NCBI GenBank assembly: GCA_046583355.1
Contig: JAYGCM010000057.1
Location: 32,006-96,005 of the forward strand
Reading direction: 5' to 3'
DNA length: 64,000 bases
Source of the DNA: Deltaproteobacteria bacterium
GTDB lineage: Bacteria; Desulfobacterota; Binatia; UBA12015
Position numbers and translations under genes: made by a program. Positions 1 to 9,633 of the stretch are shown here, piece by piece; position 1 is the stretch's first letter; each line of letters opens with the position of its first letter. Below the pieces are notes generated by a model. The model searched no databases. It was not told the origin of the DNA and worked only from the letters and a program-made list of their open reading frames with translations.

Positions 1-368
1 TCGGTGAGGCGGCGCGCCGCCGCCAGCAGCAGGAGCCAGGCCATATCGGCGGTCGGCTCGCGCACGGGATCGGGCGTATTGGTGACCAGCACGCCACGGC
101 GCCGTGCCTCGGCCAGGTCGATATTATCGACCCCGACCGCCGTATTCGCGACCACCCGCAGCCTCGGCCCGGCGGCCGCGAAGAATTCGGCATCGACACG
201 ATCGCCACCAAAGCTCAGCACGGCATCGACACCCACGACCATCGCCAGCAGATCCGCGCGCGTAAGCGGCCGACCGTGCGTGGTGCGGCGCAACTCCACG
301 CCGGGCAAGGCGTCCGCAAGGAGCGCGCCCGGGTCGACGATATACTCGGCCGTAAGAGCGACGATCAC
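1..368 (-). CDS. D-isomer-specific 2-hydroxyacid dehydrogenase, N-terminal part only; the gene continues beyond the window start
   Basis: Minus-strand translation reads [28 protein letters not shown]...[51 protein letters not shown]. This is the typical substrate-binding N-terminal domain with the VxNTPD motif. A GTG start at 368 overlaps the upstream stop (GTGA). Confidence 0.7.
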   Translation of the reverse strand, partial: [122 protein letters not shown]

Positions 369-1150
369 CAGAGTTGGTCGGCGTAGGTATCGGTGCCGGG
401 TACCGTCGGCAGCCAGGGGGAAGCAAAGACGACTTTTGCCAGGCCGCTCGCCTCGAGGTCAGCCGCGTAGCTGCGGAAGCGTTGCCACGAGTCGGCCGCC
501 GGCGTGTCGACGAAGAAGATCTGCATATCGAGGCAATCCGTTCGCTCGACCTTGGGGATCATCATCGGGGCCGAGGCCTGCTTGATCGGCGACCAGACCG
601 AACATTGGGCCACCGGCGAGCCCTCAAAGAAGCCGGGCAGATAATCCATCATCCATTTGTCGAGTTCGGCCTGCGCGACCCCATCATGGCGCTCGACTGC
701 GAGCGTCACCAACCCGGCGAAGCGATGGTCGAGGGCCAACTCGATCGGCACTGGGTCGTCATCGCGGTAGAAGGTCCAATCATGCGTGTAGAGCAAGGTA
801 TGGACGTGCGTGCGCTCGTTGAAGCCGCGGTTGTTCTCGTAGAGCGTGAAGGCCTGTTTATGGCTCCACGCATTCCACTCGTCATGCTTGCCGGCGGTAA
901 CCCAATACATCGCGAGGTAAGAGCCGTCGCGAACGCTGGGCTGTGCGAGAGTACTCGGCTCAGGGAAACGCAGATCTTTGATCGCGCCCGTGGAAACCCA
1001 GCGGCTGCCAGCGAGCAAATGCGGGCCCTGTAGGCAGCCGCCATAGAAATGATCGCGCTCGTACCAGCGATTGTACTCCACCTCTTTGCCCTTATGAGGG
1101 TCAACAACGGTGAAGAGCATGCTTCCAACGCGAACCGGGTATTCCTTCAT
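365..1150 (-). CDS. hypothetical protein (261 aa), translationally coupled to the downstream dehydrogenase
   Basis: ORF with high GC3. The likely start is the ATG of MKEYPVRVG at 1150, preceded by GGGAG at 8 nt. The stop overlaps the next gene start. I recognise no family. Confidence 0.55.
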   Translation of the reverse strand: MKEYPVRVGSMLFTVVDPHKGKEVEYNRWYERDHFYGGCLQGPHLLAGSRWVSTGAIKDLRFPEPSTLAQPSVRDGSYLAMYWVTAGKHDEWNAWSHKQAFTLYENNRGFNERTHVHTLLYTHDWTFYRDDDPVPIELALDHRFAGLVTLAVERHDGVAQAELDKWMMDYLPGFFEGSPVAQCSVWSPIKQASAPMMIPKVERTDCLDMQIFFVDTPAADSWQRFRSYAADLEASGLAKVVFASPWLPTVPGTDTYADQLW

Positions 1151-1266
1151 GACGGATAGTCTCCCTTGCGACAAAGTCTATGCGTACGGCCGCCCCTCTG
1201 CTTTGCACGACTGGCGGCGGAGGCCAAGTTGCGAAAAGCGGGCCCATCGGTCACCGCAAGGCTCGT

Positions 1267-1980
1267 TCAGGCAGAAGGTTCGTCGGCAACACCGGCCTCG
1301 GCGATGGCACGCGAAGCGAGGCGGGCCACGAAAATGGTTACGGCGAGCGTGGCCGCCGCACCGACGATATTGATCAGCGTGCGGGCCGAGTCGCCGCCGG
1401 TCGCAGCCCCGGCGGCGGCCATGCCGAGATAGACGTAGGCGAAAGTCCCCGGAATCATGCCAACGATAGAGGCCGCGACATATGGCAGCGTCGCCACGCC
1501 GGTCAGGCCAAAGGCATAATTCAGCCAGGTGAAGGGAAAGATCGGCGAGAGGCGAACGAGCAGGACGATCCGGGCGCCCTGCGCCGCGATGGCGCGGTCG
1601 AGCGCGAGAAAGCGCGCATTGCCAGCCGTCATCTCTTCGATACGCGAGCGCAAAAAAGTCCTGGCGAGCAGAAAGGAGAGCGTCGCGCCCAGGCTCGCCC
1701 CCACCAGCACCACGCCGACACCGACGCCGAGGCCGTAGACCGCACCTGCACCCAGCGTGAGAACGGAGGCCGGCACGAAGAAGACCACGCAGATGGCGTA
1801 GACCAGCGCGTAAACACCCCAGCCCAACGCACCGAGGCCACGCACCCATTGCTGGAAGGCGGCGAGCCACTCGGCCACCGGCAGTAGCCAGGAGGCCAAG
1901 ACCAGCGCCGCGACCACGGCCAGCGCGCCAAGCCAGAGTCCGATACGGGACGAAGATTGCGCGATTTTCGGCTCTTCCAT
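1267..1980 (-). CDS. DedA/TVP38/TMEM64 family membrane protein
   Basis: Polytopic hydrophobic protein carrying the LSPIFPFTWLNYAFGLT signature of the SNARE-associated/DedA family. Confidence 0.75.
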   Translation of the reverse strand: MEEPKIAQSSSRIGLWLGALAVVAALVLASWLLPVAEWLAAFQQWVRGLGALGWGVYALVYAICVVFFVPASVLTLGAGAVYGLGVGVGVVLVGASLGATLSFLLARTFLRSRIEEMTAGNARFLALDRAIAAQGARIVLLVRLSPIFPFTWLNYAFGLTGVATLPYVAASIVGMIPGTFAYVYLGMAAAGAATGGDSARTLINIVGAAATLAVTIFVARLASRAIAEAGVADEPSA

Positions 1981-2025
1981 CCGCCACCGCTACCACGGCC
2001 GACATCGGTCAGATAGGAATATGCC

Positions 2026-2952
2026 ATGGAGAAGATCCTGATCACGGGGATCGCGGGCGGCCTCGGCCGCCTGATCGCCGAGCGCCTCCTTGGCAGCGCC
2101 CGGCTGGTCGGCATCGACCACACCCCTTGGGTTGGCCATCCGCCGGAGATCAGCATCATCACGGCCGACCTGCGCAAACGGAAGGTCGAGGATGTTTTTC
2201 GCCGCGAACGCCCGGATGTAGTGGTTCATCTGGGCCTGGAGCGCCACAGTTTTGACGCCGGCTTGCGCCACGATGTGAACGTAATCGGCACCAAGCGATT
2301 GCTGGAATTCTGCGCTGCCTACGGCACCGCACGGGTCGTCATTCTCACCAGCTCCTACGTCTACGGTGCGCTCGCCGAGAATCCCTTTTATATGGACGAA
2401 GAAACCAGCCTCAATGTGAGCCGCCACTACCCGGAGATCCGCGACCTCGCCGAGGTCGACGCCCTCGCGACGAATTTCCTCTGGCGCTACCCCGAGATCG
2501 CCACCGCCGTCCTGCGCCCGGTCAGCACGCTCGGCCGTCATATGCGCAGCTCGCTAGCGACCTATCTCCGGCTCAGCGTCTCGCCCATGGTGATGGGCTT
2601 CGACCCGCTGATGCAATTCATCCACGAAGACGATCTCGCGGAGTCCATCATCCAGGCCATCGCGGCCGGCCTGCGCGGCGTGTTCAATATCGTCGGGCCG
2701 GGTGCCGTGCCGATCTCCACCGCAATCCGCGAAAGTGGCGGCACGGCCCTCGCCCTGCCCGAGACGGCCACTCGCTTCTTCCTCCAACGGCTCTTTGCTT
2801 GGGGGCTCTTTCCGCTACCGGCCGATGCCGTCGATTTCATCAAATTCCCCTGCACGATCGATGGTCGGCGCTTCCAGCATGCCACCGGCATGAGGCCCGC
2901 GCGCAGCCTCGACCAGGCTTTTGGCTGCGTGCGCCAACGGGACGCCGCCTAG
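2026..2952 (+). CDS. NAD-dependent epimerase/dehydratase family protein (extended SDR)
   Basis: N-terminal Rossmann motif ILITGIAGGLGRLIAERLL and an epimerase-like length of 308 aa. Confidence 0.75.
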   Translation: MEKILITGIAGGLGRLIAERLLGSARLVGIDHTPWVGHPPEISIITADLRKRKVEDVFRRERPDVVVHLGLERHSFDAGLRHDVNVIGTKRLLEFCAAYGTARVVILTSSYVYGALAENPFYMDEETSLNVSRHYPEIRDLAEVDALATNFLWRYPEIATAVLRPVSTLGRHMRSSLATYLRLSVSPMVMGFDPLMQFIHEDDLAESIIQAIAAGLRGVFNIVGPGAVPISTAIRESGGTALALPETATRFFLQRLFAWGLFPLPADAVDFIKFPCTIDGRRFQHATGMRPARSLDQAFGCVRQRDAA

Positions 2953-3940
2953 GGTGGCGCGTATCCACGGAATTCCTGCTGCGGGCAGGCGGCAGCGTCC
3001 GGGCGCCACCGGCACGCGGCAGCGGAGCGCCGGCCGCCGCCAGCGCCTGCCGCCACAGCCGCCGACCAGCCTGCTGGCCGGCCTGAGCGACCTCGGTTGG
3101 GATGTCAGCGCGGCAGCTTTCGATCGTCTGGCGCCGGCCGTCCTGCGCGAACTCGACGCCGAAATCGCCGAGCGCATCGGCGAGGCACCGCTCGCCACCA
3201 ACGATTACGGCTTCGACCCCTGGGGCTTCGAGGGCGATACGGCCCGGCGCTGCTTTCTCCTCTGCGGCCTGCTCTATCGCTACTACTTCCGGGTCCAGAC
3301 CCGCGGCATCGAGAACCTACCCGCCGGGCGTGTCCTGCTGATCGGCAACCACGCCGGCCAGATCGCGCTCGACGCGGCCATGATCGCCACCGCCGGATTG
3401 CTCGAAGCCCACCCGCCACGCATCATCCGCGGAATGGGCGAGTTCTGGCTCCCGCGCCTGCCCTGGATCAATATCCTCATGGTGCGCTTCGGCAGTGTCG
3501 TCGGCACGCGCAAGAATTGCGTCGATCTGCTCGAGCATGGCGAGGCCGTCATCGCCTTCCCCGAGGGCGTACGCGGCATGAATAAGGCCTTCGTCCAACG
3601 CTACCAATTGCAGGAATTCGGCCTCGGCTTCCTGCGCCTGGCGCTCCAAACAGGCACACCGATTGTCCCGGTGGCTACCGTTGGCTCGGAAGAACAGGTG
3701 CCCTCATTGGGCGATTTCAAGCCACTCGCCAACCTCCTGGGTATGCCGGCCTTCCCCCTGGTACTGGCGCCCCTGCCTCTGCCGGTGCGCTACCATGTCG
3801 AATTCGGCGAGCCGATGATCTTCGAGGGCGACCCCAACGACGAAGACCATATCATCCGCGCCAAGGTCGACACCGTAAAGGCGCGCCTCAACGCGATGCT
3901 CCGCGACGGTCTCGCGCGCCGCACCAGCATCTTCGGCTGA
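2921..3940 (+). CDS. lysophospholipid (1-acyl-sn-glycerol-3-phosphate) acyltransferase, PlsC family
   Basis: HX4D motif GNHAGQIALD and FPEG motif AFPEGVRG are present. The annotated 5' end is Gly/Arg-rich and overlaps the previous gene. The real start is probably between about 2954 (GTG) and 3065. Confidence 0.75.
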   Translation: MAACANGTPPRVARIHGIPAAGRRQRPGATGTRQRSAGRRQRLPPQPPTSLLAGLSDLGWDVSAAAFDRLAPAVLRELDAEIAERIGEAPLATNDYGFDPWGFEGDTARRCFLLCGLLYRYYFRVQTRGIENLPAGRVLLIGNHAGQIALDAAMIATAGLLEAHPPRIIRGMGEFWLPRLPWINILMVRFGSVVGTRKNCVDLLEHGEAVIAFPEGVRGMNKAFVQRYQLQEFGLGFLRLALQTGTPIVPVATVGSEEQVPSLGDFKPLANLLGMPAFPLVLAPLPLPVRYHVEFGEPMIFEGDPNDEDHIIRAKVDTVKARLNAMLRDGLARRTSIFG

Positions 3941-4104
3941 TCGACACCGCCCAGCCGCTTACCTTCCCCTATTTCGAATTTGCAACCACCGCCCGGCCTC
4001 GGTACTTTGCGGTGTCTCCTTCAGGCGAAGGATGACTCTGGTGGTGGGGACGCCACACAAGGCCGGCCAAAGGCCTGCTTGACGTCCCAAGTGGGGAGAA
4101 GAGG

Positions 4105-5565
4105 ATGGCAGGGCAACCAGGCTACGAGAGACTCTCAAGGCTCGACGCGGCGTTTCTTTCTTTTGAGACAGCGAATGCGCCGATGCATGTGGCGCTCACG
4201 CTCGTCTTTCAAAAGGGTCCGCTCGGGCGCGCCGGCGGCGGCGTCGATGTCGCCAGGATCCGTCGCCATGTGGGCGCGCGACTCTCGCGCGTACCGCGCT
4301 ACCGCCAGAAGATTCAGAAGGCGCGGCTCACCGGCGATTTCCTCTGGGTCGATGACCAGCATTTCGACCTCGACTACCACGTACGCCACACCTCCTTGCC
4401 GCAGCCGGGCAGCGATATCGAACTCAAAGAGCGCTGCGCGGAAATCCTCGAGCGACCGCTGAACCGGGCGCACCCACTCTGGGAAGCCTGGATCATCGAA
4501 GGTATAAGCGACGGCCGTTTTGCCCTGCTCTGCAAGGTGCACCATTGCATGGTCGACGGCGTCGGCGGCATGGCCCTGCTGCAGGCCCTGCTCTCGGTCG
4601 ACCCGGTGGAGCCCTCCGGCGTAATCGACGGCTGGCAGCCGCGCCCGGCACCCAGCGAAAGCGAATTGCTCGCCAGCGCGGTGAAACGCCGCCAGCGCCT
4701 GATCGCCGGAGCGCGCGACACGCTGATGGCCGCCGCGGCCGACCCGCAGAAGGCCCGCGAGTCCTTTGTAGAAGGCGCCACTGCCTTACTCGAATTCGCC
4801 CGTCGCGGCCTCAAGCTGCCCGAAACCGTCAGCTTCAACCAGCCCATCGGGCCCAACCGGCGCGTCGAGTGGCTTGCGCTCGATCTGGCACAGACCAAAT
4901 CCATCGGCACGCGCCTGGCAGCAACCGTCAACGACGTCGCCTTGGCGACCATCGCCGGCGGTTTCCGCCGTTTCCTCGAAGGGCGCGGGCAACTCGGCGG
5001 CGCCACCAGCCTGCGCACCGTGGTTCCCGTCAACCTGCGCCCCCCCGGCGAAGAGGCCAGCCTCGGCAATCAGGCCTCGTGCTGGATGATCGACCTCCCC
5101 GTTGACCAGATCGACCCACGCGAAACCCTGCGGCGCATCCACGCCCAGACCGTCGTGCATAAGAGCCAGCATTCCGCGCGCGGCGGCGAGCTCCTGACCA
5201 GCGCCGCCGAATGGGCCAATGCCGACATCATGCATACGGTGATCCGCGCACTCAGCTCGGCGCATCCCTACAATCTGATCATCACCAACGTGCCCGGCCC
5301 GCCAACACCGCTCTACCTCGCGGGCGCACCGATGCTGACCGCGCATCCGCACCTACCGCTCTTCGAATCGCAGGGCATCGGGTTGGCGATTTTCCGCTAT
5401 GTAGATCAGCTGCATATCGGGCTCGTGGGCGACCGCGACCAGATGCCCGATATCGGCGAGCTACGCTACGCGATCGACTACAGCTTCAAGGCATTGGTCG
5501 CAGCGGCCGAAGCCGCTGCTCCGGCAAAGAAGCAGGCCATGGCCGCGGGTAGCGGCGGCCACTGA
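4105..5565 (+). CDS. wax ester synthase/acyl-CoA:diacylglycerol acyltransferase (WS/DGAT family)
   Basis: HHxxxDG active-site motif HHCMVDGVGG, a family-typical length of 486 aa, and GGGGAGAAGAGG just upstream of the ATG. Confidence 0.85.
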   Translation: MAGQPGYERLSRLDAAFLSFETANAPMHVALTLVFQKGPLGRAGGGVDVARIRRHVGARLSRVPRYRQKIQKARLTGDFLWVDDQHFDLDYHVRHTSLPQPGSDIELKERCAEILERPLNRAHPLWEAWIIEGISDGRFALLCKVHHCMVDGVGGMALLQALLSVDPVEPSGVIDGWQPRPAPSESELLASAVKRRQRLIAGARDTLMAAAADPQKARESFVEGATALLEFARRGLKLPETVSFNQPIGPNRRVEWLALDLAQTKSIGTRLAATVNDVALATIAGGFRRFLEGRGQLGGATSLRTVVPVNLRPPGEEASLGNQASCWMIDLPVDQIDPRETLRRIHAQTVVHKSQHSARGGELLTSAAEWANADIMHTVIRALSSAHPYNLIITNVPGPPTPLYLAGAPMLTAHPHLPLFESQGIGLAIFRYVDQLHIGLVGDRDQMPDIGELRYAIDYSFKALVAAAEAAAPAKKQAMAAGSGGH

Positions 5566-5596
5566 CACAGGTGCCGCAACCAGCGCGGCGGCGCCG

Positions 5597-6568
5597 CTAA
5601 GCCGTCGCCAGAAGCCAGGTAATATAGCCCACGTACGCGGCAAGAAAGCCTATGCCTTCGCGGCGTGAGAGGCGGTGCCCCGACCAGAGAATCGGTAAAC
5701 AGGCCACCGAAGCGAGCAGGAGAATCGGCAGGTCGAAGACAAGAACCGGCGCCGGCATCATCAGGCCGCCGCTCGAAATCGCCGCCGTCAGACCCAGAAT
5801 CGCGAGCAGGTTCATGATATTCGAGCCGACCACATTGCCCACGGCGATATCGCTCTGGCCGCGCGAGGCGGCCACCAATGCCGTCACGAGCTCGGGCAGC
5901 GAGGTGCCGATGGCGACGATGGTGAGCGAGATCAGCAATTCGCTGACACCAAAGCTGCGCGCAATTCCCACAGCACCGTCGACGAAAATATCCGCGCCGA
6001 AGACGAGTAGAGCCAGGCCGAAGAGGATCGAGGCCGCCAGCCGGCCAAGCGAGGCCGAGTCGGCCTCAACGTCGCCGCCGAATTCTTCCTCGTATTCCTT
6101 CTGGACAGCCTCGCTCTCGCCGCCGCTCAGAACCACCGCGGCCACCAGGTAGACGACCACCAGGACCAGCAGAAGGATGCCGTCGAGCTGCGAGAGCCGC
6201 CCGTCCCAACCCAGGGCGAGGACCAGTGCCGTCGCACCGATCATAATCGGGATATCCCACCAGATCAGCCGCTGCGCCACGCGCAAGGGCATCAGAATCG
6301 CGGCCGCACCGAGCACCACCAAGAGGTTCAGCAGGTTCGAGCCTACGACATTGCCAACCGAGACGGCCTCTTGGCCCTGCATCGCCGCGTTCAAAGAAAC
6401 GGCCATCTCGGGGGCGCTGGTCCCGACGGCGACGACCGTTACGCCTACAATCAGAGGCGTGAGGCCGAGCAACCGGGCCAGCCGTGAGGCACCGCGGACC
6501 AGCGCCTCGCCGCCCACACCAAGCAAAACCAGGCCTGCGAGCAGCATAAACCAATCCCAGGCGTTCAT
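5597..6568 (-). CDS. Ca2+/Na+ antiporter (CaCA family, YrbG-like)
   Basis: Two alpha-repeat signatures, GTSAPEMAVS and GTSLPELVTA, inside a roughly 10-TM protein. Confidence 0.85.
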   Translation of the reverse strand: MNAWDWFMLLAGLVLLGVGGEALVRGASRLARLLGLTPLIVGVTVVAVGTSAPEMAVSLNAAMQGQEAVSVGNVVGSNLLNLLVVLGAAAILMPLRVAQRLIWWDIPIMIGATALVLALGWDGRLSQLDGILLLVLVVVYLVAAVVLSGGESEAVQKEYEEEFGGDVEADSASLGRLAASILFGLALLVFGADIFVDGAVGIARSFGVSELLISLTIVAIGTSLPELVTALVAASRGQSDIAVGNVVGSNIMNLLAILGLTAAISSGGLMMPAPVLVFDLPILLLASVACLPILWSGHRLSRREGIGFLAAYVGYITWLLATA

Positions 6569-6642
6569 TTGGCGACTTTCTCCATCGGGGCACGGCGCAG
6601 GGCCATAAGGTTGCTACGCAAGCAGATGCCCGCTGTCGAGAT

Positions 6643-8535
6643 TTGCGGGAGGATTCCCCGTCTGGCATCGATCTTCTTATGTCACCGCGTCCCGTTTGGC
6701 TCCTCAGCATGGACACCGAGCAATTCCATGCCCCCCCTATGACGACCGGCGCGCTGAAGGCTTTCTTCGAGCGCGACGGCCAGACTGCGCCCGAGACCGA
6801 AGTCGAACTGGTGCATTTCCTCGAGCGCGAATACGCCGAGACCTGGCTGCGGGAGACCTGGCCTGAGGAAATCCGCGCGCGTGCACAGGCGGCCGTCCAG
6901 GAAGGACACGCCCCGGTCATCGGCCTGAGTTGCTACACCTGGAACGCCGCGGAGTTCCTCGACATCGCTCGCCGCGTGAAACAGGACGTGCCCGGCGCGT
7001 TGGTGGTCGCCGGCGGACCGCATGTCCAGCGTGCGGCCGATTTCCTCTTCGACGAGGCGATTGATGTCGTCATTCTGGGCGAAGGCGAGATCACCTTCAC
7101 CGAGATGCTTGACCGCCCGCGTGCCGATTGGGGCACCATCGAAGGCATGGCCTGGCTCGAGGACGGCGTGCAGCGTGAGACGCCCACCCGCCCGCGCCGC
7201 GAGCAGTTGGATTTCTTCCCCTCCGCGCTCGACGTGATCGAGCTGCGCGACGACAAGGGCCAGCCCATCTACGGCCAGATCTCGTATGAGACCACCCGCG
7301 GCTGTCCCTACCGCTGCGCCTTTTGCGAATGGGGCACCGGTGCCATCGGCACCAAGATGTACCAATTCTCGCTGGCGCGTATCGAGAGCGACCTGCGCCG
7401 CGCCACCGAAGGAGGCATCAAGGATATCTGGCTGGCCGACTCGAATTTTGGTGCGCTACGCGAAGACGCCGAGAAGACCGAAATCGTCATCCGCCTGCGC
7501 AAGGAAACCGGCCTTCCCCAGACCTTTGCGACCTCGTGGTCGAAGAACCACAACAAGCGCGTGCAGGCCATCGTGCGCCGCCTGCACAAAGAAGGCCTGC
7601 TCTCGCATTACCACCTCGCGCTACAAACCTTGACGCCACTCGCGCTCGAGTTGAGCAATAGAAAAAATATGCGCGACAACGATTTCGAACATGTCGTGCG
7701 TGCGTGCGCCAACGAAGGCATCCCGATTGCCGCCGAGCTGATCTGGGGCCTGCCCGGCGACACCCTGGGCGAGTTCGAAACCAACCTCGACCGCCTGCTG
7801 CGAGTTTTCCCGAATATCAATATTTTCGGCTACACGCTGCTACCGGGCACGGAATTCTTCACGCGTAGGGAAGAGTACAAGCTCCAGACCATTCCGATAG
7901 CCGGCTACGGCAAGGCCAAGGGCGAATACGTCGTGGGCTGTCATACCTTCGATACCGACGAGGGCCAGGAAGGCTACTTCCTGATCTCGTCTTATATCGT
8001 GCTGGCACGCGGCCAGATCCTGCCTCTGACGGCGCAATTCCTCGCACTCGGCCAGCAGGTTCCGGTAGCGCCCCTGCTGCGCGCGACGATGCGTGCCTTG
8101 CTTGCGGAATTCCGCACGGAACTCGGCGAAGAAATCGCCAGCGATCGCATGATGGCCTATGAGCGCCGCTCGGAGATCTACCTGCGCTTGCTGGCGGAGC
8201 CGAAGCGGACCTATGCCGTGATCGCGCGGGTTTTCGGCGAGTGGCTGCGCGAGCATGGCGCCGCCGAACTCGCGCCGCGGGTCGAGCGGATCCTCGCGCT
8301 GGACCGGGCGCTCTGCCCGCGCTCAGGCAAAGCGCATAATGAAAAGCACGAATTCGACTTCGACGCGGCGGCGGCCCTCGCCGTCCTGGAGCGCATGGAG
8401 CACCCGGCCGACGCGCTGATCGATACGGCGCCTCTGGTCGAACTCGAGATCGCCTACCCCGGTGGCGTGGGTGAAGTCCTACATGACCCCGACGGCGGCT
8501 CCTGGGTACGCGGCAAGCTACGGGCCGGCGCATGA
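6643..8535 (+). CDS. B12-binding domain-containing radical SAM protein
   Basis: N-terminal cobalamin-binding region GLSCYTWNAAEFLDIARRV...VVAGGPHV followed by a CxxxCxxC radical SAM motif (CPYRCAFC). The start is ambiguous; the ATG at 6679 (MSPRPVWLL) is in frame and the most plausible. Confidence 0.8.
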   Translation: MREDSPSGIDLLMSPRPVWLLSMDTEQFHAPPMTTGALKAFFERDGQTAPETEVELVHFLEREYAETWLRETWPEEIRARAQAAVQEGHAPVIGLSCYTWNAAEFLDIARRVKQDVPGALVVAGGPHVQRAADFLFDEAIDVVILGEGEITFTEMLDRPRADWGTIEGMAWLEDGVQRETPTRPRREQLDFFPSALDVIELRDDKGQPIYGQISYETTRGCPYRCAFCEWGTGAIGTKMYQFSLARIESDLRRATEGGIKDIWLADSNFGALREDAEKTEIVIRLRKETGLPQTFATSWSKNHNKRVQAIVRRLHKEGLLSHYHLALQTLTPLALELSNRKNMRDNDFEHVVRACANEGIPIAAELIWGLPGDTLGEFETNLDRLLRVFPNINIFGYTLLPGTEFFTRREEYKLQTIPIAGYGKAKGEYVVGCHTFDTDEGQEGYFLISSYIVLARGQILPLTAQFLALGQQVPVAPLLRATMRALLAEFRTELGEEIASDRMMAYERRSEIYLRLLAEPKRTYAVIARVFGEWLREHGAAELAPRVERILALDRALCPRSGKAHNEKHEFDFDAAAALAVLERMEHPADALIDTAPLVELEIAYPGGVGEVLHDPDGGSWVRGKLRAGA

Positions 8536-9230
8536 GCCACGGCGAAGGCCCGTCAGCAACGAGCCTCGACGAGGTCTTCCCCTGGGGGCGTTGCTTCGAG
8601 GAATATTGCGAGATGTTCGCACTCAGCGAGGACGATCTGAACAAGAAGATCCTTGGCTGCGGCGACGGCCCGGCCAGCTTCAACCGCACGCTTACCGAAC
8701 GCGGCGGCAAGATCGTCTCCTTCGACCCGATCTACGAAGTCAGCGAAGAAGACCTGCACGCGCGGATCGACGCGACCTTCACGACCCTCATAGAGCAGGT
8801 CCGCGAGAACAAAGACCGCTTCGTGTGGCGGAACCTCGGCGACGTCGAGAACCTCGGGCGCATCCGCAACCAGGCGATGCATGATTTCCTCGAAGATTTC
8901 GAGCAGGGCAAAGCCGAAGGCCGTTATCTCGCCGAAGAGCTGCCCGAGACGCCCTTTCCCGACAAGAGCTTCGACCTCGCCATCTGCTCGCATTTCCTCT
9001 TCCACTACGGCGAGCATCTCTCCCTGGATTTCCACCGCGCCTCGATCGAAGAGATGTGCCGCGTGGCCAAAGAGGTGCGGATCTTCCCCCTACAAGAACT
9101 CTCCGGAGCCCCCTCGCCACACGTACCCGCGATTCGCGATGAGTTCACGAACCGAGGCTACGAGGTCGAAATCCGCGAAGTCGAATACGAGCTCCACCCC
9201 GGCGGCAACCGCCTATTGACGATCCGCTGA
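8532..9230 (+). CDS. class I SAM-dependent methyltransferase
   Basis: SAM-binding motif I ILGCGDGPASF. The start overlaps the upstream stop (ATGA). Confidence 0.65.
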   Translation: MSHGEGPSATSLDEVFPWGRCFEEYCEMFALSEDDLNKKILGCGDGPASFNRTLTERGGKIVSFDPIYEVSEEDLHARIDATFTTLIEQVRENKDRFVWRNLGDVENLGRIRNQAMHDFLEDFEQGKAEGRYLAEELPETPFPDKSFDLAICSHFLFHYGEHLSLDFHRASIEEMCRVAKEVRIFPLQELSGAPSPHVPAIRDEFTNRGYEVEIREVEYELHPGGNRLLTIR

Positions 9231-9253
9231 ACTGCGCCTGGGCGGCGCGGGCG

Positions 9254-9538
9254 TCAAGCCGGAATGAACTGAATATCCGGGGCGCCGGCGATCAGCGGCA
9301 TGAATTCCTTGCCAGCGGCACGGAAATAATCGGTCTTGCCGTGAGCGTCGAGAGACTCCTTGTCAGTATAGAGTTCGACAATGACATAATGGTCGGGGCG
9401 GTCGAGCGATTTGCAGACCTCGTAGCGTTGGCAGCCCTCTTCGTTGGCGCGCACTTTCTCGCCGAGCGCTTTGAAAATGGCTTCAAATTCTTCTGCCTTG
9501 CCCTCTTGGACCGGGATCGTAGCGATGACATGAATCAT
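9254..9538 (-). CDS. antibiotic-biosynthesis-monooxygenase (ABM) domain protein, YgiN-like (94 aa)
   Basis: MIHVIATIPVQEGKAEEFEAIF...YVIVELYTDKESLDAHGKTDYF matches the ABM ferredoxin-like fold. AAGGAGAG sits 6 nt before the ATG. The longer 183-aa ORF on this strand is a spurious 5' extension. Confidence 0.7.
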   Translation of the reverse strand: MIHVIATIPVQEGKAEEFEAIFKALGEKVRANEEGCQRYEVCKSLDRPDHYVIVELYTDKESLDAHGKTDYFRAAGKEFMPLIAGAPDIQFIPA

Positions 9539-9633
9539 ATGACTCTCCTTTGCTGCGGGATGTACCAGAGAGGGAAGCGACAGACACCACCTCTCCGGGT
9601 TGACCCGCGAGCGCTCGCGCGCAAAGAAACCCC

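Noticed and set aside
6569-6680. Possible cobalamin riboswitch in front of the B12-binding radical SAM gene
   Set aside because: I found no B12-box-like consensus and no convincing conserved stem architecture by eye. This would need an Infernal scan to exclude properly.
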